Positions 18,103-25,570 of a DNA stretch of 32,000 nt are shown piece after piece. The translations under genes were made by a program, and so were the position numbers. Within the stretch, counting starts at the first letter, position 1; each line of letters starts with the position of its first letter. The stretch is from Candidatus Saccharimonadota bacterium (GTDB lineage: Bacteria; Patescibacteriota; Saccharimonadia; Saccharimonadales; UBA4665), in assembly GCA_003516025.1 (NCBI GenBank), contig CP023991.1, forward strand, positions 691,374 to 723,373, given 5' to 3'. The notes under the pieces are model-generated. The model searched no databases. It was not told where the DNA came from and saw nothing but the letters and a program-made list of their open reading frames with translations.

Positions 18103-18190
18103 GGAGGGGTCGCCTAGTGGCCTATGGCGCACGCTTGGAAAGCGTGTTGGGTGCAAGCCCTCGAGGGTTCGAATCCCTCTCCCTCCGCCA
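18103..18190 (+). tRNA. tRNA-Ser (anticodon GGA), CCA encoded
   Basis: Hand-folded cloverleaf. Acceptor GGAGGGG pairs with TCCCTCC, and anticodon stem CACGC/GCGTG carries loop TTGGAAA. It has a long variable arm, T-arm GAGGG-TTCGAAT-CCCTC, and discriminator G followed by CCA. Confidence 0.9.
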
Positions 18191-18209
18191 AACATTTCCA
18201 TGATGCTTA

Positions 18210-18218
18210 TGCTATTAT
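18210..18218 (+). promoter_or_regulatory. extended -10 box TGcTATTAT upstream of the 18234 gene
   Basis: TG at 18210-18211 and TATTAT at 18213-18218, 15 nt before the ATG. No SD is present. Confidence 0.4.
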
Positions 18219-18233
18219 TTACCTGGAATACCT

Positions 18234-19259
18234 ATGGAAAATTACTACAATCAGCTTGTCCATTACATCCAGCAGCACCTACAGCACGGTACGCCAGTCG
18301 AAATTATCCGGCAATCTTTAATTGAGGCTGGCTGGGACGGAGCAATGGTTGACCAAGCCCTTCAAACAGTTTTGCAGGCGCCGGCCGTTCAGCCGTCAGG
18401 CCAGCAGGAGCAGCACAGCACGCTGCCTGCTGTAAAAGCACCGCAAAAGTATAAAGTCTTTCGTGCCCTTAGCGATACAGTCCAGGCCATACAACACAAC
18501 ACTAAAGCATTCTTGATCTCGGGAATTACGGTATTCATCATCGCATATGCAGTGGTATTTGTTCTTGGGCTGATTACTACCGCTATTATAAGCAACGCCA
18601 TAGGTAGTGGTTTCTCTGTGATGGGTCTTATAGTTATCTACGTAACGTCTATGGTCCTGTCGACGACATTAAGTGCTCTCGTGCAAATTGTTGGGTCAGT
18701 TACCCTGTACGATGGCCGCGAAGGCCGTAAAACTAACCTTAAACAGTTGTTAGCTACATGCCGCCACAAATTCTTGCGTGTTATTGGCGCTAATATACTG
18801 CTCGGACTGGCAGTGGCCGGCCCGCTTATTGTGTCAAGCCTACTAGGCCTGATCCTGTCATTTGCCTCCAGGGGTTCCGATCATTCTTCACCGCTCCTAC
18901 TCATGATCGTTTTACTCATGGGCCTCGTTGGCAGCGCATGGATGATTATTGCAGTAGTACGCTATGCCCTCGTTCCCCTGGTTGCGGTCTTTGAGAATAT
19001 TCCACTCCCTCAAACCCTGGCTCGAAGCAATTTTCTGCTGAGTCACGGCGGCAAATGGTTCATATTTAAAGGCTTCTTATTATTCATTCTGATTGCTCTC
19101 GTTTTGTCCGCTGTAACAGGGCAGAACTTGGAGAATGCCAGCAACTCGACAAATCCGGTATTGGTCGTACTGCTCCTGCTCAGCGCTATCATGGCCAATG
19201 GCGGGCTAATTATGCTATACCATAACCGCAGGATCGTACGGGAACCTTACGTTAGTTAA
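18234..19259 (+). CDS. polytopic membrane protein (hypothetical)
   Basis: 341 aa with a soluble ~75-aa N-terminus followed by about 6 hydrophobic helices. No family motif recognised. Confidence 0.6.
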   Translation: MENYYNQLVHYIQQHLQHGTPVEIIRQSLIEAGWDGAMVDQALQTVLQAPAVQPSGQQEQHSTLPAVKAPQKYKVFRALSDTVQAIQHNTKAFLISGITVFIIAYAVVFVLGLITTAIISNAIGSGFSVMGLIVIYVTSMVLSTTLSALVQIVGSVTLYDGREGRKTNLKQLLATCRHKFLRVIGANILLGLAVAGPLIVSSLLGLILSFASRGSDHSSPLLLMIVLLMGLVGSAWMIIAVVRYALVPLVAVFENIPLPQTLARSNFLLSHGGKWFIFKGFLLFILIALVLSAVTGQNLENASNSTNPVLVVLLLLSAIMANGGLIMLYHNRRIVREPYVS

Positions 19260-19260
19260 A

Positions 19261-19968
19261 CTATTCGTGAATGCTCGTGCCAACAGATTCGCCGCGAGTA
19301 ACTTTAAGAATATTGTCGCCCTCAAGCGCGTCGAAGACAATTAGTGGCATGTGTTGTTCCATGGCAAGTCCCATAGCAGCCTTATCCATGACTTGGATGG
19401 CGTCATTGGCGACCGCTTCCTGATAGGAAAGCTTAGGCAGCAATTTAGCATCTTTGTGCTTATGCGGGTCACAGTCGTAAACGCCGTCGACTTTGGTTGC
19501 CTTCAGTACCACCTCGCAGTCAAGCTCAAGGGCCAGCGATACGGCCGCGGTGTCGGTAGTCAGATACGGGCGGCCAATACCGCCAGCGACAATCACGACG
19601 CGGCCTTTTTCCATATGCTTATTTGCCAGGCGGTGAACGAACGGCTCAGCCACCTGCTGGGCAAAAATATTACTCAGGCAGCGGGTACGAACGTCCTGCG
19701 ACTCAAAAATATCCGTTAGAGCCAAAGCGTTCATCATAGTAGCCAGCATGCCGATATGGTCAGCCGTAACGCGCTTTATGCCATGTCCTGCTAACTGGGC
19801 GCCCCGGGCGTAATTGCCGCCACCGACCATAATCACCACCTGCGTGCCGCCACCGACAACTTGTTTGATTTCCCGGGCCAACCAGGCGCCGAGTTCCGCG
19901 TCAATACCAGTCTCGAACTTGCCAGCAAGCTGTTCCCCCGAGAGTTTGAGTAGTACGCGTTTGTACAT
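19261..19968 (-). CDS. pyrH: UMP kinase
   Basis: 235 aa, from N-terminal YKRVLLKLSGEQL through ...VVIMVGGGNYARG... to ...LKATKVDGVYDCDP.... Colinear with bacterial PyrH. Confidence 0.95.
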   Translation of the reverse strand: MYKRVLLKLSGEQLAGKFETGIDAELGAWLAREIKQVVGGGTQVVIMVGGGNYARGAQLAGHGIKRVTADHIGMLATMMNALALTDIFESQDVRTRCLSNIFAQQVAEPFVHRLANKHMEKGRVVIVAGGIGRPYLTTDTAAVSLALELDCEVVLKATKVDGVYDCDPHKHKDAKLLPKLSYQEAVANDAIQVMDKAAMGLAMEQHMPLIVFDALEGDNILKVTRGESVGTSIHE

Positions 19969-20003
19969 TACTCATCAGTCTAGCAAATATACTGCCGCAC
20001 GGC

Positions 20004-20009
20004 TATACT
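20004..20009 (+). promoter_or_regulatory. -10 box TATACT, 7 nt upstream of the xth ATG (leaderless geometry)
   Basis: ggcTATACTtttacgcATG. It is divergent from a TATATT box (19986-19991, minus strand) that faces pyrH. Confidence 0.45.
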
Positions 20010-20016
20010 TTTACGC

Positions 20017-20820
20017 ATGACTAAAATCTACTCCTGGAACGTCAATGGTATCCGCGCCGTCCTCAAAAAAGAGCTATGGCAGCCCTTTATCGATAAAGAA
20101 CAGCCCGATATCATTTGTTTGCAGGAAACCAAAGCCAAGCCGGAACAGGTGACACTGGATCTACCAGGGTACACGCAGGCGTGGTTTTCGGCCGAAAAGC
20201 CGGGTTATTCCGGAACGGCAATATTCAGCAGGCAGGCACCATTACAAGTCATAAACGGCTTTCCGGACGATATCATCACAGATTTTAATGTTACCGGTGA
20301 CATGTATGGAGACCCTAACCTGGAAGGCCGCGTGATAGCTGCCGAGTTCGACAAGTTTTGGGTCGTAACCGTATACACGCCGAATGCTAAAGATGATCTC
20401 AGCCGTATCCCACTGCGGCATAAAAGCTGGGACCCGGCATTTTTAGCCTACTGTAAACAACTCGAAAACACTGGTAAACCAGTGGTATTTTGCGGTGACC
20501 TCAATGTCGCGCACACCAAAGATGACCTGGCCAATCCTAAACCCAACCGCGGAAAAAAAGGTTTTACCGCAGAGGAACGTGGTGGTTTCCAGGCCTTCCT
20601 GGACGCCGATTTTATTGATACGCTGCGTCTATTTAAACAGGGAAATGGTTTTTATACCTGGTGGAGCCACTTTGCCCGGGCCCGCGAACGAAACGTCGGC
20701 TGGCGTATTGACTACTTTTTAGTTTCCAGCAGTCTGAAAGACAAAGTCAAAGCCGCCGGTATCCATGCCGACGTGTTCGGTTCCGACCACTGCCCAGTAA
20801 GCGTGACTCTGGACGTTTAA
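20017..20820 (+). CDS. xth: exodeoxyribonuclease III (AP endonuclease)
   Basis: 267 aa with YSWNVNGIRA, CLQETK and GDLNVAH, and a C-terminal SDHCPV. These are classic ExoIII/APE1 family motifs. Confidence 0.95.
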   Translation: MTKIYSWNVNGIRAVLKKELWQPFIDKEQPDIICLQETKAKPEQVTLDLPGYTQAWFSAEKPGYSGTAIFSRQAPLQVINGFPDDIITDFNVTGDMYGDPNLEGRVIAAEFDKFWVVTVYTPNAKDDLSRIPLRHKSWDPAFLAYCKQLENTGKPVVFCGDLNVAHTKDDLANPKPNRGKKGFTAEERGGFQAFLDADFIDTLRLFKQGNGFYTWWSHFARARERNVGWRIDYFLVSSSLKDKVKAAGIHADVFGSDHCPVSVTLDV

Positions 20821-20827
20821 CGCGCCT

Positions 20828-21412
20828 ATGCGAACAAAAGTCGCGCTGATGTACGGTTTCGGCGAAGGAGACTACCACGGCCGGGCCTTCGTGGCCGAGC
20901 TGAAAGAGCAGGGCATGCAAGTGGTGCGTGATCCTAAAAAGGCCGACATCGTCGTAACCCATTCCGGCGGTTGCTTCTTTTTGCCACCACTCGACCTCAA
21001 TCAGAAATTTGTGCTTATCAATCCGCCGTACTGGCCGGGCAAGTCCCTCCTGGTGTCATCGATAGAAAAAGTCGGTAAGGATTTTATGGACTTTACCCGT
21101 GACGGCAAATTAATTACGTGGCTCTGGAAAACATGTATCAATATCGCTCATCTGACGCGCTACGCTATTAAAACACTCACCATAACCCTCGGTGCCCACA
21201 AACAGCGTTTCTACGAAGCGCTGCGTGATGAATGTACTATTATCATCCGCAGCGACGCCGATCCGTTCCTCAGCCCGAAAGCCGACCAGCTGCTTGAGCA
21301 AAAATACGGCCGGGCAATACCGTTTTACCGATTACCCGGCCAGCATGATACGTGTTGGCGTGATCCCAAAGCGTACGTCGACATCATTAAGCAGTTTGCT
21401 GAAACAAAGTAG
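20828..21412 (+). CDS. putative alpha/beta-hydrolase-fold protein (hypothetical)
   Basis: 194 aa. A nucleophile-elbow-like THSGG, a later DADPF and then GQHD fall in Ser-Asp-His order. The assignment is by eye only. Confidence 0.45.
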   Translation: MRTKVALMYGFGEGDYHGRAFVAELKEQGMQVVRDPKKADIVVTHSGGCFFLPPLDLNQKFVLINPPYWPGKSLLVSSIEKVGKDFMDFTRDGKLITWLWKTCINIAHLTRYAIKTLTITLGAHKQRFYEALRDECTIIIRSDADPFLSPKADQLLEQKYGRAIPFYRLPGQHDTCWRDPKAYVDIIKQFAETK

Positions 21413-21424
21413 TATTATAAGAGG

Positions 21425-21883
21425 ATGATGACAAAAATCTGCACTCTGGTGTTTTTGCTTGAAGGCGATAATATACTGCTGGCTATGAAAAAACGCGGCT
21501 TTGGCTCGGGGCGCTGGAACGGTGTCGGCGGCAAGATCGAAGCGGGCGAAACCGTGGCGCAGGCAATGATTCGTGAAACACAGGAGGAAATTATGGTTAC
21601 TCCTTTAGAATTCAGTTCAGTTGGTTATTTGGAATTCGCCTTTCCGGATGGTACTACCGATATGGCAGCCCACGTATATATATGTACGGCATGGGACGGC
21701 GAACCGGTAGAAACCGAGGAAATGGCTCCTCGCTGGTTCAAAATCAGCGATATCCCTTACGACCGCATGTGGCAGGATGACCAATTCTGGCTACCGCAAG
21801 TATTAAACGGCAAGACCGTCAAAGGCAATTTTGTCTTCGATAAAGACGATACCATGCTATCTCATGAGGTCCAGGAGGTATAA
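21425..21883 (+). CDS. 8-oxo-dGTP diphosphatase, MTH1/NUDT1-type Nudix hydrolase
   Basis: 152 aa. LLAMKKRGFGSGRWNGVGGKIEAGETVAQAMIRETQEE and the C-terminal MWQDDQFWLPQVLNGKTVKGNFVF are colinear with human MTH1 ([38 protein letters not shown] ... [24 protein letters not shown]). Confidence 0.85.
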   Translation: MMTKICTLVFLLEGDNILLAMKKRGFGSGRWNGVGGKIEAGETVAQAMIRETQEEIMVTPLEFSSVGYLEFAFPDGTTDMAAHVYICTAWDGEPVETEEMAPRWFKISDIPYDRMWQDDQFWLPQVLNGKTVKGNFVFDKDDTMLSHEVQEV

Positions 21884-21889
21884 AGCACC

Positions 21890-22699
21890 ATGGACCGCGA
21901 GTTTTGGCATAAGCAAAAGGCCGATAAGCCGCTGTTTCCAGATCTCATTTGGAGCCGCCCGGAAAACGCCGCTTTTGCCGGCAAACTGCTAGTAGTCGGC
22001 GGCAACCAATATGGGTTCACCAATCCGGCGACAGCTTTCACTGAAAGCCGCAAAGCCGGTATTGGCGTAGCTCGGGTGTTACTGCCGGATGCTTTGCAAA
22101 AAACTGTCGGGCGGGTGTTTGATGCCGGCGAATTCGCGCCGAGCACGCCCAGTGGCAGCTTCAGCCAACGGGCACTGGGTGAACTGCTGCCGATGGCCCA
22201 TTGGGCCGATGGCGTTTTGTTATCAGGTGATTTAGGCCGCAACAGCGAAACGGCCATTCTGTTGGAAAAATTCGTCACCAAACATAACGGGCAGGTGACC
22301 CTTACCTGCGACGCCGCCGATTACTTTACCAGCTCACCGGACGCCGTATTATCCCGGCCTGACACACTCTGGGTGATCAGTTTCGCGCAGCTGCAAAAGT
22401 TAGCCGTGCAGGCCCGCTTTCCCAAAGCGTTTACTTTCGATATGGATATTCTTCGTTTCACGGATACTCTGCACAACTTTTCACAAACATTTCACGCTTT
22501 TATCATCGTAAAACATCTGGACAATATTTTTGTAGCCGCCAGCGGAAAAGTCAGCAGCACGCGTCTGACAGAGGAGCTAAAAATCTGGCGTCTTAAAACT
22601 GCCGCTCACGCTTGCGTTTGGTGGTTACAAAATCCCAGTAAACCGTTTGAAGCGCTTACGACTGGCGTCGTAACCTCATTGAATAAAAATGTGTGGTAG
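21890..22699 (+). CDS. hypothetical protein, weak YjeF_C/ribokinase-fold (NAD(P)HX dehydratase-like) resemblance with degenerate motifs
   Basis: 269 aa. AGKLLVVGGNQYGFTNPATAFTESRKAGIGVARVLLP and ADGVLLSGDLGRNSE parallel the N-terminal half of YjeF_C proteins. The C-terminal GxGD motif is not visible. Confidence 0.35.
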   Translation: MDREFWHKQKADKPLFPDLIWSRPENAAFAGKLLVVGGNQYGFTNPATAFTESRKAGIGVARVLLPDALQKTVGRVFDAGEFAPSTPSGSFSQRALGELLPMAHWADGVLLSGDLGRNSETAILLEKFVTKHNGQVTLTCDAADYFTSSPDAVLSRPDTLWVISFAQLQKLAVQARFPKAFTFDMDILRFTDTLHNFSQTFHAFIIVKHLDNIFVAASGKVSSTRLTEELKIWRLKTAAHACVWWLQNPSKPFEALTTGVVTSLNKNVW

Positions 22700-23392
22700 T
22701 TACTTGGTCATATGGATGCCGACATAGTCCGGGCCCGGGAATAGGTCTACGGCACTTATACTGGCTTCATCAGGCAGGGAATCGAGGGCATCATTCAGCA
22801 TGTCCGGATCAGTAATCGGTGCAGCGAATAATGTGCCGTCCGGCTTCAACACTCTGACAATTTCATGAATTATTTTGTTATAGCCAGCTTGATCTGCTAC
22901 GGCTTCGCTATAATAGGGAACCGCGAATGTCGATACGATACTGTCAAAGGTATTATCCTGAAACGGAAACGCTTCCGCCCGCGCGGCCACAGTGAGACCA
23001 CGGTCATGTGTTAAGCCGAGCGGTTTTTCGAATTCGCTTACCGCGGGACCGTCGGACTGCAACGCCGCCCGGTCTTGCGAAAATACCAGTTGCGGATTTA
23101 GGCTGATTATCGTTCTTCCAATATTTTGCGGGGAGCGTGCAAAGACATTACGTATACCGGAACCCAAATCCATCACCACGTTACCAAGCTGTTCCGATTT
23201 AAAGCCTAGCAGAGACTGATATGACTCAAAGGTGCGGACCGTGGCAGGAATAGCGATCAGATCACGGTTGCGGCTAATAAGACCGGCTACTTCAGACGGA
23301 GAAGTACCAGCCAGCCACTCGCCGCGTACTCTGGCGTACACGTGGGCATCTACGCCGATAGAGTCAGTTTGCTTCATTAGCATATAATACAA
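22700..23392 (-). CDS. class I SAM-dependent methyltransferase
   Basis: 230 aa with motif I VMDLGSGIRN and post-II LKPDGTLF. The track start is TTG (23392). A TATAAT box at 23394-23399 (minus strand) argues that the real start is the ATG at 23383. Confidence 0.8.
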   Translation of the reverse strand: MYYMLMKQTDSIGVDAHVYARVRGEWLAGTSPSEVAGLISRNRDLIAIPATVRTFESYQSLLGFKSEQLGNVVMDLGSGIRNVFARSPQNIGRTIISLNPQLVFSQDRAALQSDGPAVSEFEKPLGLTHDRGLTVAARAEAFPFQDNTFDSIVSTFAVPYYSEAVADQAGYNKIIHEIVRVLKPDGTLFAAPITDPDMLNDALDSLPDEASISAVDLFPGPDYVGIHMTK

Positions 23393-23468
23393 TATTATAA
23401 GCTTATTTGCAATGTACGCAGATGCAGGATTAGAAAAGCCTCCGGGGATGCTAGACTTCCGTTACGTT

Positions 23469-23555
23469 TGGTACCGCGAGCCGGACTTGAACCGGCACGT
23501 CCTAATGGACACCAGATTTTGAGTCTAGCGTGTCTACCAATTCCACCATCGCGGC
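23469..23555 (-). tRNA. tRNA-Leu (anticodon CAA), CCA encoded
   Basis: The reverse complement is GCCGCGATGGTGGAATTGGTAGACACGCTAGACTCAAAATCTGGTGTCCATTAGGACGTGCCGGTTCAAGTCCGGCTCGCGGTACCA. It is a type II tRNA with anticodon loop CTCAAAA and T-arm GCCGG-TTCAAGT-CCGGC. Confidence 0.9.
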
Positions 23556-23602
23556 ACAAAACGTAAAAGAACAGTCCGATTGTACTATACTAGAGGTACA
23601 CT

Positions 23603-24979
23603 ATGCAAAATCCATTATTTCCGACCAGCAGTGACAACACTGGCCAGAACAACAATTCGGGCTCGACTATTCCGGATTACCTGCGTACTCCCAGCACTAC
23701 TCCCAAAAAAGTCATCAATCCGTTAGCGCCGTCCGACCCGGAACGGAACGCCGCTGCCGACCTCATCCGCCAGAAACTTGACGCTTTATACGCCAACGAA
23801 CCAGCCGCCAAGGAAGAATTGGCCGAAGTGGCCGCGGCTCAGCAACCCCTCTCCGTCCACCAGCGTTTCATGCAGGGTCTGCAGGCATCGGGGCGCAGCC
23901 TAGCGGAGATTCAGGCTGCCTGGCACGGCTACTACACCAGCCTGCCGGACAGCGAAAAACATACCGTATGGCAGGAGTTCTACGCTGCCAACCAAAACAA
24001 TACGCCGTACCAGAAACACTTGCAGCAACGGGACCAGACAGCGGCGCGCCAGCCACAGCCCGCTGCAAGCACCGGGCCGGTAGCAATAACCGTCGAAGAG
24101 CCGACCTACATGCCGCCACGACCAGCCGCACCATATACCAGCAGAGGACGGAAAAAGTTATCAAAGCCATCCATACCGTCCCCGTCCACGCAAACTGTCG
24201 CCGAACTTAAGCGGCGTATCCAAAACACCGTCAAGGCCAACAAACATGTGACAAAGAGTAATTTCCAGTCCCTGGCGTTTGGTTTGGCGTGCGGCGCCGT
24301 CGTACTGGTAATATTTATGTTCAGCTTCTTTAACGAGGTAGTCATATCACCATTCATCCAACCGAGCCGCACCGCCAGTGAGACGCCGGTCATCGTTGAT
24401 CCGGCCAGCGCGGTTACCAGCAAAGATCCCAAAGTGATTATTCCAAAAATCAACGTTGAAATACCGGTTGACTACAGCCAGACTACGACCAGCGAAGCGG
24501 CGATTGAAACTGCCCTCGACAGTGCGGTTGTACATTATCCGACTACGGTTAAGCCAGGGCAGGCAGGTAACGCCGCTTTCTTCGGCCACAGTAGCAACAA
24601 CATATTCAACCCTGGAAAGTATAAGTTCGCTTTCGTACTTCTACACAAACTAACGAACGGTGATACGTTTTATTTGACCTCCGAAGGCAAGACCTACGCC
24701 TATGAAGTTATCAGCAGCCGGATCGTCAAACCAACCGAGGTCGGCGTGCTTGGCCCCGTAGAGGGTCAGACTGCTACGGCCACGCTTATAACCTGCGATC
24801 CGCCCGGTACCAGCATCAACCGCCTGGTAGTTGTTGGAAAGCAAATCAGCCCTGATCCTGCCGGTAATACAGCCCCAGCCACTACGCCGACTCCAACGCC
24901 GGCTATTACAGCTACCGACACCAGCCTGCCGGGCAACGGTCCGACGCTATGGGGCCGTATCTGGGACTCGATTTTCTAG
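23603..24979 (+). CDS. sortase family transpeptidase with long Pro/Gln-rich N-terminal region
   Basis: 458 aa with a TM helix (LAFGLACGAVVLVIFMFSFF). The catalytic domain has AAFFGHSS (His) and TLITCDPPGT (TLxTC Cys motif). A Pro/Thr-rich tail follows. Confidence 0.85.
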   Translation: MQNPLFPTSSDNTGQNNNSGSTIPDYLRTPSTTPKKVINPLAPSDPERNAAADLIRQKLDALYANEPAAKEELAEVAAAQQPLSVHQRFMQGLQASGRSLAEIQAAWHGYYTSLPDSEKHTVWQEFYAANQNNTPYQKHLQQRDQTAARQPQPAASTGPVAITVEEPTYMPPRPAAPYTSRGRKKLSKPSIPSPSTQTVAELKRRIQNTVKANKHVTKSNFQSLAFGLACGAVVLVIFMFSFFNEVVISPFIQPSRTASETPVIVDPASAVTSKDPKVIIPKINVEIPVDYSQTTTSEAAIETALDSAVVHYPTTVKPGQAGNAAFFGHSSNNIFNPGKYKFAFVLLHKLTNGDTFYLTSEGKTYAYEVISSRIVKPTEVGVLGPVEGQTATATLITCDPPGTSINRLVVVGKQISPDPAGNTAPATTPTPTPAITATDTSLPGNGPTLWGRIWDSIF

Positions 24980-25180
24980 TGTTGTGATCTTGGCACTTTT
25001 ATTTATATAAGCAATTAAACTATACTTATATTTAGTCGTGCATGGGCTGATCCCTGGTCTATACCGGAACTTCCTCCGTGCAGGCGTATAACCTACTGGT
25101 CTTCCAGTTTATCCGTAGCCGCCATACATACCGGCACAGGCTACACCTGTTTTTATTCCTTAACAGAAGGTAGGTTATAC

Positions 25181-25570
25181 ATGTCATCTTACGAACCAAA
25201 CGATTTTGATCAATCACCAGAAACAGAAACCGGCAACAATGGTACCGCCGTCTCTATGCATGCCGGTTTCCCTAATGCCGCCGAAGACCGGACAGGGAAG
25301 CGGGGGTCGCTCGATTTTAACGCCCTGCTCGTCAAACACCCCAGCAGTACTTATTGTTTCCGTGTACAGGGCGACAGCCATGAGGACAGGGGCATTTTTG
25401 ACGGCGACATCGCCGTAGTCGACCGGGCCTTACAGCCGCGCCCCAGCGACCTGGTTATTTACTTTCCGGAAAACGATTTCGTCATTTGCCGTTACAGCCA
25501 GCTGCGCTTACCTGCCGGCAGCGAAATCTGGGGAGTGGTAACCGCCGTCATCCACAGGACCCGCTCATGA
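25181..25570 (+). CDS. umuD: UmuD-like S24 peptidase-fold protein (polymerase V accessory subunit homologue, atypical active site)
   Basis: 129 aa. [10 protein letters not shown]...[38 protein letters not shown] is colinear with E. coli UmuD (CGFPSPAADY...[38 protein letters not shown]). Its stop overlaps the umuC start (ATGA). Confidence 0.8.
   Translation: MSSYEPNDFDQSPETETGNNGTAVSMHAGFPNAAEDRTGKRGSLDFNALLVKHPSSTYCFRVQGDSHEDRGIFDGDIAVVDRALQPRPSDLVIYFPENDFVICRYSQLRLPAGSEIWGVVTAVIHRTRS

Noticed and set aside
18010-18201. 63-aa minus-strand ORF
   Set aside because: It overlaps tRNA-Ser and its promoter region, and the tRNA cloverleaf explains the sequence.
23469-23555. tRNA-Leu as the attachment site for the umuDC / small-protein island
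   Set aside because: The tRNA 3' end faces away from the island, toward the methyltransferase gene. The sortase gene intervenes. I found no direct repeat of the tRNA 3' end and no integrase.
25005-25031. AT-rich inverted repeat ATATAAG-N13-CTTATAT upstream of umuD
   Set aside because: It is a short AT-only palindrome in an AT-rich spacer, so a chance occurrence is likely. It overlaps a plausible TATACT -10 box.
25147-25166. CTGT-N12-ACAG as a LexA/SOS box upstream of umuD
   Set aside because: The spacing does not match the E. coli-type CTGT-N8-ACAG box. No GAAC-N4-GTTC type box is present, and there is no support for a lineage-specific box from a single locus.
25486-25566. Upstream start for the umuC-type gene given by the ORF track
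   Set aside because: Homology to UmuC begins exactly at the ATG at 25567 ([14 protein letters not shown]). The extension overlaps umuD in another frame, and the ATGA coupling is the common arrangement.
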